Origin: Eledone cirrhosa
Taxonomy: Eukaryota
DNA length: 64,000 nucleotides
Reading direction: 5' to 3'
Assembly: GCA_964016885.1 (NCBI GenBank)
Contig: OZ024745.1
Location: 55,614,001 to 55,678,000, forward strand
Shown here piece after piece: positions 14,237 through 28,634 of this stretch. Within the stretch, counting starts at the first letter, position 1; each line of letters starts with the position of its first letter. Below the pieces are notes generated by a model that searched no databases, had not been told where the DNA came from, and saw only the letters and a list, made by a program, of their open reading frames with translations. Both the position numbers and the translations under genes were made by a program.

Positions 14237-17193
14237 GTACATACATACACATACATATATACATACATACATACATACATACATATAATTTTCTATTATA
14301 TTATTGATCCCGGATTCCTTTTAAAGTATATTGCCACACATATTAATACTCTTTTCATAAAATCTTTGTGACACTTAAAGGAAGTTGAAAAAAGAAGAAA
14401 CTATTTTACACTTTTACATGAATACCTATTTGCAAATTGATGTATACATCAATATCCTGTACTTCTTCACTCTAACCTTGATTATCTCAAGTAGTTAGAC
14501 ATATCGATTGGGGGATCGATAAGCCATTCAGCTAGCCGTAAAGGTTTATTCTTTAAATAGCTCACTATTGAGAAATATCTTAAGATATTTCTATTGAGGT
14601 AGTAGAAATCAGATAAAAGCCATTTTGGCACTGATTTAAGATTGGCACTCAAGGATCAAACATTAAAGCAACCTTAGCTCTTTTGTTCTTTATTCTTCGG
14701 CTCATATCCATCCCTTTAGTTTTATCTAAAATCAAATATTAGCCTGGGACGCTAGCTTGATTTATAATAACGAGAAAATATTAAACTTCCCGCTCGAATG
14801 TTATGAAGAGATTTTATAGTTTGCATTAAGCGCTGTTATAAGGTTTCTAGTTCACAGCTTCTCATCGTTTCTCTTTTTAAATGATATCTGTTACACTGAT
14901 TCAATAATTCGTTGCCCATGAAACAAATAGAGTCATACATGTCATTACAGAAACTTAGATTAGTTCAGTTTCTTTTCTACTTGAAAATCAGTTAAATAAC
15001 GTGTCAGAAATATTTTCCCGTAAACTATTATAAACGTTATTCAAATTCTAATTCAATTGGGTATAAAGGAACCATTAATCTGCTTAAATCTGGTAAGTTT
15101 AAATTATCTATTGCTGTATTAAATATATTCTTACGGAATGTATTTTCTGGACTTGCGACGAAAGAAATGTGAATATAATATATTGAATATATAATTTTGT
15201 TCTTGGTGTGAAGGCTTGATACTGTAAAATGATTAATAACGTTCAGTTTTTCCCTGATGTGAATCATAAACCAGGTAATATTTTGATTTGTTCTGGTTCA
15301 ATGTATTTATATACTAGCCAGTAACAGTTTGTATAATAGCATCAGAACCATTTATCTATCCCAAAATATGTGATATGTTTCATCTCCATTCGAAATCGCT
15401 CGAAACATTTAAAAATAACTATACAAATTCACATTTAAACTTAAATATATTTGTTCTAAATTTTTAATCAGCAACCTGAGGAATTCTGTCTTCCCCATTT
15501 GTATAGCACTTGTAACTCGCATTAATTAAATTTTTGTTTTATTCATAATCTTTTCAAAGATAAGTAATATTATTTCTAATGTAATATTTAATACGATTTG
15601 TATAGTATTTTACTTTATACTTTTCGGGTTAAATATAGTAGCACGTTAAGGATTTTTGTAAACACAGTAACCTATAAACAACTAAACAGAATTTTTAAAT
15701 AAATGTATATTAATTTTGGTGGAAAACGAACAACGTCGCTGTACGTATCAATAATATGATGGTATAGTCAGCACAATAAGAACTGTACTTATCAATAGCA
15801 ATATGGTATAGTCCGCAGAATAAGAATAAAATTAAAACTTGTGAGTATTTGACTGGGAACGTTGAAATCACTGTAACCTTTTAAAGGAAATCATTTTAAC
15901 AGAAACACAAACGATTTTACTAATCTATATCTTTCAAAGAAATAGATAACTATATTTTACCATTGATTCGTTTCTGGAATTTGATAGATAAATACTTTAA
16001 TCAAAACTGATATAATACGAAATATTCAGCAAAGCATCATTTGGAAGATCGTGAAACTAAATTCCTTTAATGTATTCGTTAATATGCGTCTCTGATACCA
16101 AGGTAAAATGAATAAGTTTCTCAGCATGTTCCCATAAAATCAGGTTTTATTGAGGAGGTTTTAAAATAAACGCTACAAACCTTTAAGCTGTCATCATTAG
16201 AATGTATATCAAATGCATGGTGTCCTTTTCATAGAAATTATGCCGGTTCATATCATGTAAACCAGCATCCAAGTGAGATACACTGCTAAATAAAATAATT
16301 AGAGTTTATAGTAATTATTTCTATCAAATCAAATTGTTGCAGTTGGCAAAGCGAAATAATATAATGGTAATGAGAAACCCCGAAACTATGTGTGTTAGAA
16401 ACTTCTGTATGCACATTAAACTTTCACTCACTTATTATATATATATATATAAATATCCGAACGAAACAACGTAACGCTCCAGAGTACTCGATACTTAGGG
16501 TAGTAGAGTAGTAGAGTGGGTACTAGGAAAAGAGTCATATATATATATAAATTTTGAGTATATGTTGGTTGTTTATTTTCTACATTTTTTATTTTTATTT
16601 TCTTCATTTTATTGCCTTATATTCTTTTATTTCTCCATTTTACTTTATCTTATTTTTGTTCATCTGCTTGGCACAACCCCCCCCCCCCCCCACCACCACC
16701 ACCACCAACAGAAATGGTGGCAGGATAGATGCCAACACACACACACAGATACTTCTAAAGATAGCAGGAGCCGAACTAAAGCTGCCCCAACACCACTACC
16801 AACATAAGGGAGGAGGTCAGCAGTACTTAACAAAAACAACCACAACAGATTGCCTTGCATCAGAAAAAAATTCTAGAGACTTTTGACTGAGGAATGTTCT
16901 CACAACTGACCAATAGGAGGAGAGAAGATCCTTTGCGCCGAGATTCGTTTGTTCGAATTCATATGATTCCAGTTCCTCAGTGAAATAACAACCCAACTAG
17001 GAACTGGACATATCGGAGTATTGACGGAGTAAAACACTTTAACAACATGTGTACTTGTCTCTACCACACCAATTCGGACTGGTTGAAGAGGTCACAGCCA
17101 AAGATGGCTGTCACAGAAATATATATAGCAGTACACCTTTAATAAACCAAGCCGAATTTCAAATATTTGATTTATTTATTTTATATATATATA

Positions 17194-17231
<38 letters not shown>

Positions 17232-18602
17232 TGTGGGTGTGGGTGTGTGTTGTTTCGTTCGGATACAAGAACCTTCACCTACCATTATCTTTAACCATTA
17301 TCTTTATTTCAATTTACTCTACAACTTTTGTTCATGTGTGTATGTATGATATAATTTACAAAGAATATTTAATTCATAATTCATACACTGCATACTCTTA
17401 CAAATTTGATCTCCCTCTCACGTATAAACTATCGTAAACACATGTCTTACCTACCTTAATTATATATATTATATACCTTTTTATGTACATTTCAATCGTT
17501 TAATTTATGATCTTACACTCTTCCTTTCTCTATATCCCACGGCTAACCCAACGGACAGGGCCGATACTTCACGAGTTTGTATTCAAGGACATCTCGGGCA
17601 GCAACTTACCACGATATAATGTTACATATTTGTAATTTCATGGAGCATAGCCGTAATATGTTCTGAGAGCTTGCTTTTTATCTCATATATGCGTATAGTT
17701 TTATTTTAAAGAATGACTTAATTGATTTCTAGGGTAGAGTCAGCATTGAGAAACCATAACTCTCTCTATTAGGGATAGAGCGACATTTGTTCAGATCTAA
17801 AGAGCTCATTATTTCGGAGTTGAAACACACAATTACTTATTAAATTGTTAAATTTAATAAATTATGTAATTAACATGTTATGAAAATAAGAGTTTATGAT
17901 GGATACACTCGTTAATTCCTATTTTTGCCTCTTGTATTTTATGAGACACCACTACAGCTTATACTGATAAACTGAGACGACGTAATGTGTATATAAAACG
18001 CCACACCTCTTATATATCCACATGTAAATTGAAAAGAAATCATAAACACATTTAATATGTTTTAGGAAATAAACAAAACTAGTTAAAGTTGTTTAGTATA
18101 TTTTCTATTTGCGGGTAAATACTTATATTGACATGTTTATATATATATCTATTAAAACTGTCGCATCAGATATATACGCTTGTACTCAGTCATCAGTACA
18201 TGTATTCTGTGTATATAGGCTATTTAGTACGAAACTCAATATATTTTACTACCAAAATGTGTTCTAATAATATGACAATAAGTACGTCCGTTACAAGATA
18301 AGAATCTAAGTAATAGATTATATAAGCACCAGGATAATGTATTTCCTTACCGTGTTATTGGTTACATGACTTCTGGTGTAATCCGAAATAGGATATAGAC
18401 TGGTGTAAAGTATTTATCATTTGTTTTATTTAGAAGGTGATACACATCTTCGGCTTGTTTACATGTCTATTTGCTTGAAATATGTAAGTACATATAAACG
18501 TTAAGACCATCCTCCTGCTATTTCAAACATTAATCTAACATATTCCTTCTATATACTGTACCGCTGGTATTGTGGTGTTGTTCTGTTTACCTTTTACATA
18601 AG

Positions 18603-18685
<83 letters not shown>

Positions 18686-20149
18686 GCACACACACACGAA
18701 CCACCCCCTCCCCACACATATATATATATATGTATATATATATATTTGCGCAATAGAGATTACATCTATATTGTACACATATGGATATGTTCCATGTCAA
18801 GAAACCTAGAGTTAGAAACCTTCTAGTTTTAGGTTGTTTGATTAAGACATGAGAATGTGCTATGTTATTCTTGACATAGAAACAGAGCATTATTATTCTG
18901 TGATACCATGCTTCCTGAAAGTTGCATGCTAATTTGTTTAAATTCGCAAAAAAACTGAAATCCATGGAGGGGTATCCCGCAGCAGAAGTCAAACATGAAA
19001 CACCGATGTACGAAAGCTGCAGAAAATGATTGATAAAAATCGTAGTGAGTCATCAATTATCGCCATTGGTAACTATCTCAAGGTATCGAGCTACACTATC
19101 TGATGATTTGTATACAAGGAAGTTTAATACAATTGATTTGAGATGCATCACAAATATGAAAATGCATCACAAATAAATCTAAATGTAAAAATGAATATCC
19201 CTCAGGAATATGGGTTCTGCATGTAAATTATATTTGTTTGCTTTGGAGGGAAAATGGCATGCAGAAGGGCATTGATGTGTCAGAAAAAAACCCATCGTTG
19301 ATTCCAGAGCCAAAGAAACGTCTAACAATTTCCAATATAATGTGAATATTCATTACATCTATATTCATTATTAATTTCATAATTTTCACATACAATGTAC
19401 AAATGCCGGAAACATCTATCATGATATTATCATATGATTACAAATAAAACAAAACATATTTGCTGTGCATTTACCATTAGCCTAATATATGATTCTCTTT
19501 GTTAAATTACATATTCCATTTTCAATTGGAAACATCAGATTATAATTACTTTAGTAATATCAATATCAAGACAAATTTCTTCTCAAACATCACCACGACG
19601 TATATGAAAAAGCATATAAACTACCGCAAATAGTATAGATGGGGAATTGTAAAGTACACTGTTTTCATTCATTTCCTTTCCATTACTGATTCCATATATA
19701 TGATCAATTTCCATCTTCTTACCCTCCACACTAACTTGACAATCTTTCCTTTGTTTCACTTCAAAAATACGTTCAGGTTGAGGAATACACGCACATTACA
19801 TCCAGGCCTATTTCGAAACAAATCAAATATTCATAATCATATTAGAAGACATCGCATCATCAATTAACACAAAATGGACACGAAACATGAATTATAGAAA
19901 TAAGACTAATGGACTCGCTATAATCAATAAAATAAAATGGAAATTATACAATAACGAAGTTCATATTGAACTGTTACGTAGGATAATTACCACCAGTATA
20001 TATTTCAATTACAATCTACATAGGCAAGCTAAAGGTATGTTTACAGTATATAAACATTTCAAATATGCTTCAATGGAGAAGACACACAAACACACAAAAA
20101 TACGCGCACACACACACACACCCGCATACACATATACACACACCCATAT

Positions 20150-20213
<64 letters not shown>

Positions 20214-20227
20214 GTTTGTATATGTAT

Positions 20228-20413
20228 AATTGTTTCTACTTTAGGCACAAGGCCGGCAATTACCCAGTGCATTACTGGTACTTTATTTTATCGACCCCGT
20301 AAGGATGAAAGGCAAAGTCAACCTCGGCGGGATTTGAACTCAGATCGTAAAGGGACGTAACTATGCTGGAAAGCATGGCGTCCGACCCTCTACCGATACT
20401 GCCAATCCACCGC
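20228..20413 (-). mobile_element. tRNA-derived SINE, family A
   Basis: Full-length copy with A/B boxes and core. Confidence 0.9.
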
Positions 20414-20600
20414 CTTTGTATATGTATAATAAAGCCAAAACAATGCAGGTATGGACATAGAATAAAGAATGCATATGCAAAAGATATTGTTGACAATTAG
20501 TGCTTTACCTTAGATTTATTTAAATGTCCTTAATTTTCGAGATAATATCTCTTCTTCGGAGAGAAGTAAAGCGGTTAGACAAGTGTTCTAAATAGGTTGC

Positions 20601-20634
<34 letters not shown>

Positions 20635-20736
20635 TCAGGTTATCAATAATGTAGTGATAATATATGGTCACGTTAGAGATGAACAGCGTACGTGTAGGTT
20701 TGCTCAACGTGTATAAATTATATTCCGGAGAAAATG

Positions 20737-21462
20737 TAGAAAAGATGAATATAAAATGAAAGTGCTTTTTTAAAAAGGAATTTATTAGGTATTGACATAT
20801 GTTTCTGTAACAGACGGAATACCTATGTATCGCTGCTTGCGTAATCATATAACGTTAGCAAGTATTCGATAGCAAATGTATAATCAGTTGTCACTTATTC
20901 ATAGATATTGGATAAATTGGAAAAAAATCAAAAATATTGAAGTTTTTATATTAGTTGTAAGAAAGGAAGAGAGGGGATAGTATATGACAGATGGCAATTC
21001 AATTTACTGGTAAACAAGTATATAAAGGGTTTCTAATGAGAATACAATGAGTATATTTAAATACATTGGATAAAATATCACTGAGAAATGAATACCTTTA
21101 CAGTTAACCATAAATTCGAACCAGTTATTTAGATAAAATAAACCATATACTCATTGTATTCTCATTAGAAACCCTTTATATACTTGTTTACCAGTAAATT
21201 GAATTGCCCTCTGTCATATACTATCCCCTCTCTTCCTTTCTTACAACTAATATAAATACTTCAATTTTTCTGATTTTTTTCAATTCTGATTTTTTTCAAT
21301 TCTGAAGAAGTGACAACTGATTATACATTTGCTATCGAATACTTGCTAACATTATATGATTACGCAAGCAGCGATACGTAGGTATTCCGTCTGTTACAGA
21401 AACATATATCAATACCTAATAAATTCCTTTTTAAAAAAGCACTTTCATTTTATATTCATCTT

Positions 21463-21467
<5 letters not shown>
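20737..21467. repeat. Long inverted repeat, arms about 320 bp and spacer about 90 bp
   Basis: 20737-21056 is the reverse complement of 21145-21467; the ORF track gives the same MITQAAI peptide on both strands. Most of the spacer is duplicated at about 21953-22030. Confidence 0.9.
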
Positions 21468-21536
<69 letters not shown>

Positions 21537-22920
21537 TTATGATAAACTTTGGAAAATGAAGAGAGAGGACAAGACAAGAAACGAAGACCGGGGGAACCTT
21601 AAAAATTGTTTAAAAAAAAGAAAAATACAAGCGAAAGAGACACAGAACACCAGGTTCTCCGGCCGTTGAGGTGGACTTTGGTGGTTTAGACGCCTACCAT
21701 CGGTACTGCAGTATAGCCGGGGTCTCAGGTTGACACAAGCCAAACGCTGTCCAGTGGATTATGAGAAGAAAAACGAAAAATTAATTCATGCACACATATA
21801 TTGATGCACATTGATATATATTGGCTCATATATATGCATATGTCGTTGTGTGTGTGGTTGTGCATGTTTGTGCATGATTGTGTGAAAAATTAGAATATAT
21901 ATTAGAATATATATTTGTTTTTAAATGATACTGCGCTATAATATTTAAATAGAATATTTAAATACATTGGATAAAATATCACTGAGAAATGAATACCTTT
22001 ACAGTTAACCATAAATTCGAACTAGTTATCTATAATATAAATGTGTATTGTGATGTGAAAATGCATATCATAATTGTGTAAAGTATCTAAGTAACTTTAG
22101 ACATATTTACACAAATCTCTGTCTAGAATATTTACCCCATATCTGTCAACAAAATTTGTATTATTATGTAATATTAATATTATTTATTTTCCATGGTATT
22201 AACTATCCATCTGCTCAATTATGAAGCTGGTTAAAGTTAAACAACCCTGAGTGTTTATCAAATTGAAAACATATTCAATAATTCTATTATCATAGGTTTC
22301 TATATTAATGATTAATGTAGAATTTTACTAGCTTAGAATACGACATAATTTATATCTAAAGAGTATAATTCTTTTATGATAGCGCACTCAAATGGGATGT
22401 TATGATATCTAACTTTTTTCTATGGCAGTTTTGATTATTTTGACGCCTATTATGTTTTAGTTTAAAGTCGATTGCCTCTCTTAACACACCAGATAACTAG
22501 TTATTACGTCAAGAATGATTTGTCATCTTAGCAAATCAGACGTTAACTTTACCAACAATCACGATGATAAAGGAAATGAGATATTTAAGGTGTTAATTAG
22601 ACTGACGTATTTAGTTTTAATTATTTAAACCATCTTGAATTAGCTATTTGCGATAAATTGTATATGTATTCGTGTTTTTGAAGTTTCGTAGCTCATGTCT
22701 ATATTACTGATGCGTCCATAAGTAAAACAGTTCTCTCGCAAAGTTTGTCAATATAAATATCGGTTCAATACAAACGAAAGTCTATATCCATCTCAACGTA
22801 ATATTTTTGTATGTGAATAATATAGACTTTAATATTGCAACATTAGCTATAAAAATAAATTGGTATTCCAACAGTAATCCAAACAAACAGATTTAGTATT
22901 ATATGAATATTATATATGAA

Positions 22921-23106
22921 TGTGGATTGGCAGTATCGGTAGAGGGTCGGACGCCATGCTTTCCAGCAGAGTTACGTCCCTTTACGATCTGAGTTCAAAT
23001 CCCGCCGAGGTTAACTTTGCCTTTCATCCTTACGGGGTCGATAAAATAAAGTACCAGTAATGTACTGGGTATTTGCTGGCCTTGTGCCAAATGTAGAAAC
23101 AATAAT
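22921..23106 (+). mobile_element. tRNA-derived SINE, family A
   Basis: GTGGATTGGCAGTATCGGTAGAG...GAGTTCAAATCCCGCCGAGG...GCCTTTCATCCTTACGGGGTCGATAAAATAAAGTACCAG...GTAGAAACAATAAT. Confidence 0.92.
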
Positions 23107-23129
23107 ATATTCAAACACACACACACACA

Positions 23130-23173
<44 letters not shown>

Positions 23174-23207
23174 GGAATTATTATCAGTACTCTGAGATAG
23201 TGATGTA

Positions 23208-23376
23208 TGTATAGTATATTTGATAATATACTGTAAGTTTATTTTAAAACATTTTGAAGACCAGACTTAGCCGAGAGTAAGTAAGTGACATAGTCACTAC
23301 TTTAAAACTCATAGTGACTGGTCTTCAACATGTTTTTAAATAAACACACAGTATATTATAAAATATACTATACACA
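23208..23376. repeat. Imperfect inverted repeat
   Basis: AATATACTGT..TTTATTTTAAAACATTTTGAAGACCAG pairs with CTGGTCTTCAACATGTTTTTAAATAAA..ACAGTATATT. Internal hairpin GTGAC-ATA-GTCAC. Confidence 0.75.
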
Positions 23377-23556
23377 CATTCATATATATATTTATATATT
23401 GTTATATTTGGGGAGAGTCGTATTGATATAATATTGCCAGAAATAATAATAAAACACACGCCCTTTTTGGTTTCGATTGGCTTTCACTTCTGTATATTTT
23501 ATATCCCTAGAGTTAATTTAACTGGCAATCAATGTTTATCATTGATTGACAAACGG

Positions 23557-23592
<36 letters not shown>

Positions 23593-23856
23593 CCTGCCAA
23601 TACTGGAATTGAATAATCAAGACCGTAATGGTATGTCATATATGAAATCATATATTTTGTCTGATGAGGACGTACAGAAAGAATAATACAGTACAGAAAG
23701 AATAATAAAGTATATAATTTGATTATAAGAATAATTTTCATTTGTTAACAATGTGAATAATATTAAAAACTCCAGGAAAACTTTTTCTGTTGAGTGTTTC
23801 TAATCTATTGTAAAATTGTATTCGTTGAGTAATCAAGGAACCGTACTAATCTTTGG

Positions 23857-23952
<96 letters not shown>

Positions 23953-23987
23953 TATATATAAATATATATATATATATAAATATATAT

Positions 23988-24018
<31 letters not shown>

Positions 24019-24107
24019 AATATATATAGGAAGACGATCGACTTTTTTGTCAAATCGGACCGAGGGAACAATGTTTCCGTTGGTCTTTCCAATTGCTAAT
24101 ACTATCT

Positions 24108-24244
24108 ATCGGTCGCAACTCCAGGTAGAAGGAGCAACGTGAAATAAAGTGTCTTGCTCAAGGACATAACGCATCGCCTGGTCCAGGAATCGAACTCTCA
24201 ACCTTACGATTGCGAATACAATTCTCTAACCACTCAGCCACACG

Positions 24245-24245
<1 letters not shown>
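24108..24245 (-). mobile_element. tRNA-derived SINE, family B (CORE/V-like central motif)
   Basis: Reverse complement: GTGGCTGAGTGGTTAG (A box), GAGTTCGATTCC (B box), GTCCTTGAGCAAGACACTTT. Confidence 0.85.
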
Positions 24246-24306
<61 letters not shown>

Positions 24307-24739
24307 CATCAAAGTTATTTCATCACATACCTGTGACATCATCAGTGGTACTATTATGTTTCCTCCAGTTGTATTGTAATGTCTATTCAATTTTCATTTA
24401 TTTATTCTTGCATCTGTGTGCGCATGCATTAGTGTGTTCTCTGGTTGGTGTTTGTTTGTGTCCGATTATCTGTGTATTTTTATTCTACCTTTGTTCACTA
24501 ATGTGTATTTATGTGTGGTTGTTATTATTTATTTATCTTTATCTTATGTCACTATTGTGTGTTTGTGTACAGTTGTTGTTATTCCATTCATGTTTTTTTC
24601 TGTTTAACCTTCTTAGCTATATTTCAGTTGCTTCTCTGATTTGTCTACCTTTTGAGTCATTTCTATGTTTGGATATTAATTTCATATAGTAGCAAACCGT
24701 CCGTTTGTCCTTTTTGTTCACTCCAGTGTTAATCTATTC

Positions 24740-25090
24740 TCCCCCCTATGATCTGGACCAACCGTCGAACAGAACGCCACAGTTGAGTGACAAACTTTCT
24801 ATCCATCAAATCTAGCATAAACATCGTACGCTTCAACTGTGTGGGGTTCAAATGCCACCAGCTCCTTAAGATGCGTAAAAAACGAAACAAATCCGACGCC
24901 TACAGTGTGAGTTTGTAGATTTTTCAAAAAACGTATCGACATTCTTCTAAACATGATCCCAGATAAAGCCAAAGGACTCGACGAAATACAAATAAGGTAG
25001 GCAGTGTCAAATTCAATCTTGCATCAATGGATAAACAAGAAGGCCTACTGCCACAGCACTTGTCCTCAGCCAGTAAGAATAAACTTACTA
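24740..25090 (+). mobile_element. Decayed CR1/L2-group LINE 3' end
   Basis: Manual translation RRTERH...RFNCVGFKCHQL...FFKKRIDILLNMIPD resembles the G-F-x-G-P-x-L-F-N...F-K-x-x-L-D-x-x-L-x-x-I-P-D C-terminus. Ends in (TA)n. Confidence 0.5.
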
Positions 25091-26173
25091 TATATATCTA
25101 TATATATATATATATACATACATATATCTATATACATATGTTGATATAAAAGTATGATGTGTCTATATACATATATGTGTATATATGGATATATATATAT
25201 ATATATATATACACAATATATATATATCCGTGCATATGATTGTTTCTGTGTTATTGTATGCTTGTGTTTGCTTGCGCTCTAGTGTATCATTATGTAATGT
25301 TTCAATTATGTATTATAAAACTAGAATGAATTTACAAAAGTTGAATCCAGCATTTAACATAATCCTAACGAAAACTAAAAAAAATGACTGTTTAATCGAA
25401 TGCGTATATTAGAATATTATATATTTATTCGAATAATAAGCGGATTACAATTTATCATAGCCATATTAGATTAACGAAAATGTAGATTCACCAAAAAACA
25501 AAATTGTGTGTTTGAGTATTTGTAACATTTGATTTTGAAGTCAATTTTCTTGTATCCAGCTATGTTTAGTACATTTTTCTTCGTCCGTTACATTCTCCGT
25601 GTGTCTTTCTCTCGATATTATTTTTCTTAATTATCTAAGTATGTTCGTTTGTATGTGTTTGTATCTAAATTTTAATATAAAACAAGCGATTCATACTCAG
25701 AATTGAATTTAATTTACATGGTTTGCATGGATTACACTCTGCATTATGCATATCCTTCTGTTTAGAATTAGTAAATAAATACATGCAAATGAAAGTGTGA
25801 CAGGGTGAAATGGTATTAAATTACCATTTATATATAAGGGGGCTCAGATAATAGTAACAAATATTTTTGCTAGACTAACTTAACTTTTTTATTACAAAAA
25901 ATATCGAAGGTGTTTATGAGATACATTAACTGGTAGGCATCAATATTATTTCCCTCTGCAACAACGGAAAGATCCATGGGCGTTTCTGGCATTTTAGTTA
26001 GAATTAGAGGAATGTTATCAGTCACCCTATCTGACTGGCAATTTAACAATTACCTCGTTAAAGAGAATGTTCGAGGAAACAGCATCGCACCAGAAAAGGA
26101 AATTAATAAATAATTATTCAACTATAATTGCTTACTAATTTTATGTTTAACTTATTAATATTTTGGTTCAATA

Positions 26174-26278
26174 TCTTCTTCTTCTTCTTCTTCTTCTTCT
26201 TCTTCTTCTTCTTCTTCTTCTTCTTCTTCTTCTTCTTCTTCTTCTCCTCCTTCTTCTTCTTCTTCTCCTTCTTCTCCT
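26174..26278. repeat. (CTT)n microsatellite
   Basis: Direct reading. Confidence 0.95.
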
Positions 26279-26520
26279 TATTATTTTTATTATTAGTATT
26301 ATTGTTGGTGAAGCCACGCTTCTTATCGCCTCCAGTTTTTTTTTCAACGTTTTACCTCTTTTTCAACCGTTCGAAACCTTTTATTCAAGTTTTAAATTTG
26401 TAAAAGTTTAGAAGAAGTGACCCATCTAATACAGCGGTTCACTAGTAAATAATACGGCAGCCCTTTACGAGGTGTCGTATTCGTATTTGTGTAAAAATAT
26501 TTTTTTTGAAAAATTTCAAC

Positions 26521-28598
26521 ATGGATAACACAAGAAAGAGAGAGAGCGCTGTCAGACAACACAGAGAGAGGGAGACTTTATCACCATGTCAACAAGACAG
26601 CGTTCCAGCGGAGGTAAATATAAACGAAAATATTACAATGGAAAAAAAGATTGTTACAGATTTAAAATTAACAAATATTTCTAACACAAACAACACCAAC
26701 AATAACACCAACAGAACACCAACAACAACACCATCAATAACAACAGCAACAACAAAAATAACAGCCGTAAAGTCGAGAACAACAATAACAAAAATAACAG
26801 CGGTAAGGCCTAAAACGACAATAACAAAAATAACAGCGGTAAGGTCGAGAACGACACTAACAATGACAATAACAACAACCACAACAACAATAATAGTAGG
26901 AACAGTATCAACAAAAACAACAATAATAACAACAGCCACAATAACAGTAACAACAGCAACAGTATCAACGAAAACAACAACAACGACACCAATAACTGTA
27001 CCAGCGAAAACAACAACAATGACACCGATACCTGTAATAGCGACCTCAGTACCACCAGTAAGACCAGTAGCGGCAGAAATAGTGGTGCTACTGAAAGAGG
27101 GACCACTTCTTTTGCAGGTGTCGCCCGAAATATCGAGACAGTGTTAGTCACAGAGGAGGAGCTGGCAGTCGCAAGGGCCATGGTGACAAGAAGCGCAAAT
27201 AGAGTTTCTCTGAAGCCTCCACCCGATTTTTTCAAGGACCAGCAGCTACGGACGGTGACTTACCGCACCGTAAGCAAAATCTCACATTGAGTGGAGAGAG
27301 CCATGGAGGCTCAAATCCAAAAGGCCTTGGGGTGCGTCTGGGCACGCAAAACCCACATCACCCGAGGCAGAAAGTACGCCACAGTAGACGTACTATTCGC
27401 CACCCCCCAGGAAGCAACGTCTCACTCTTTGGAAGCCCTAAAGAGGGACGAGATAGTCTTGGTGCCCTCCTACTACGGGCAGAAAATTCTGAGGGTCAAA
27501 GTGATCCAGGTCCCACCCGACGTGCCCATACCTTGGCTGACCGCGTCTGTCCTTGTTGGAATTGAGAACAGGGCAACCATGCTGCAAGTAGAACAAATAG
27601 GGAGAGAAAACTGGTCAGGTATAGGCATGCAAATGCTTATACAAACTGACCAGGAATGTATCGAGGCTATCCCCGATATCATAGACATCGAGGAAGGACT
27701 CCAACTCCCTGTAATTGTAGAAGGAAGACGGCCAAAATGTTATCTCTGTGGGTCGAAAGTTCACCTCAGGGCCTTTTGCCCGCAGAAGACAGCGAAGAGG
27801 GCCCCTCTCCTTCCAATACCTGGTCCGCCGCTACCAAGAGCAGGACAGGCAAACACGAAGAAGCCCCTTCCATGGTGAGTAGGAGGGCAACGTCCGTAGC
27901 ACCCGTAACAAGGCCACGGATAATTAAGCAGCATCATCAGTAGCGGCAACACCAATAGCTACATTTGAAGCAGCTACACCAGCAACAAAATTGCCGAAGA
28001 GGGCTTCACTACAACCACCAACAGCTGTGGTGCACATACCCCTCCCAGACGCCACAGAATCCGACATGGAGTTTGAGGCGGGAGTGAAGTGGCAAACGGT
28101 CTGTCACAAAAAAGAAAAAAACCCTTAGATTCACCCTCCAAAAGCGAAGGCATACACAGAGGGGTAAAGGCAGCAAGGAAACTTGCAGCAACGCCACCAC
28201 CATCACCACCACAAACACCAACAACGCAAACACAACAAGACACACACACCAAACAGCAACAAGAAGAAAACAGCAACAAAATCACCCCCCCCCCCCCCAA
28301 AAAAAAAAAGTACACAGCCATAAACATGGCATAAAAAGTACTCATACAATATGTAAAGCAGCACACAGACATCACAGAAAAAACTACTACACCCCACCAA
28401 CACCAAGAACTCTCCCGACAAACATAAGCATCATCGAAATCTTAATAGAACAGTACAAACTTTTTAAACAAAATTCCCCAAGCCTTGGAGACTTCAGGGG
28501 ACGGTTACCAAGAGGATATACACTGACATCTTCTTGGAAACACCCATGACCAGCGAAAGGGACGGTTCTACTCTCCCTTCACCACACGAACAAGGTAA
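26521..28598 (+). pseudogene. Tx1 ORF1 (gag-like), frameshifted
   Basis: Low-complexity N-terminus, RGRKYATVDVLF...PSYYGQ segment and zinc knuckle GRRPKCYLCGSKVHLRAFCP. Confidence 0.85.
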
Positions 28599-28634
28599 GT
28601 GACCCTTTCTCACTTGCCCCGTTTCTTATCCAGC

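Noticed and set aside
16700-17120. Possible Tx1 ORF1 remnant
   Set aside because: Loose resemblance only; needs alignment.
17535-17580. Helitron-like 3' terminus (CGG...CCG hairpin then CGAGT)
   Set aside because: The terminal CTAG is not intact and no matching 5' end is seen.
18918-19028. Possible terminal exon (LHANLFKFAKKLKSMEGYPAAEVKHETPMYESCRK*)
   Set aside because: Short, with no recognisable homology, a weak acceptor and no partner exons.
19093-19135. CTGATGA-TTTGTATACAAG-GAAG hammerhead-like string
   Set aside because: GAAG instead of GAAA and no stem III.
21545-21770. Possible Tx1 3' end on the minus strand (MACVN vs MARVN)
   Set aside because: Similarity too short to call.
23655-23710. 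CTGATGAGGACGTACAGAAA
   Set aside because: No stem II or stem I pairing; the region is a small 20-bp duplication.
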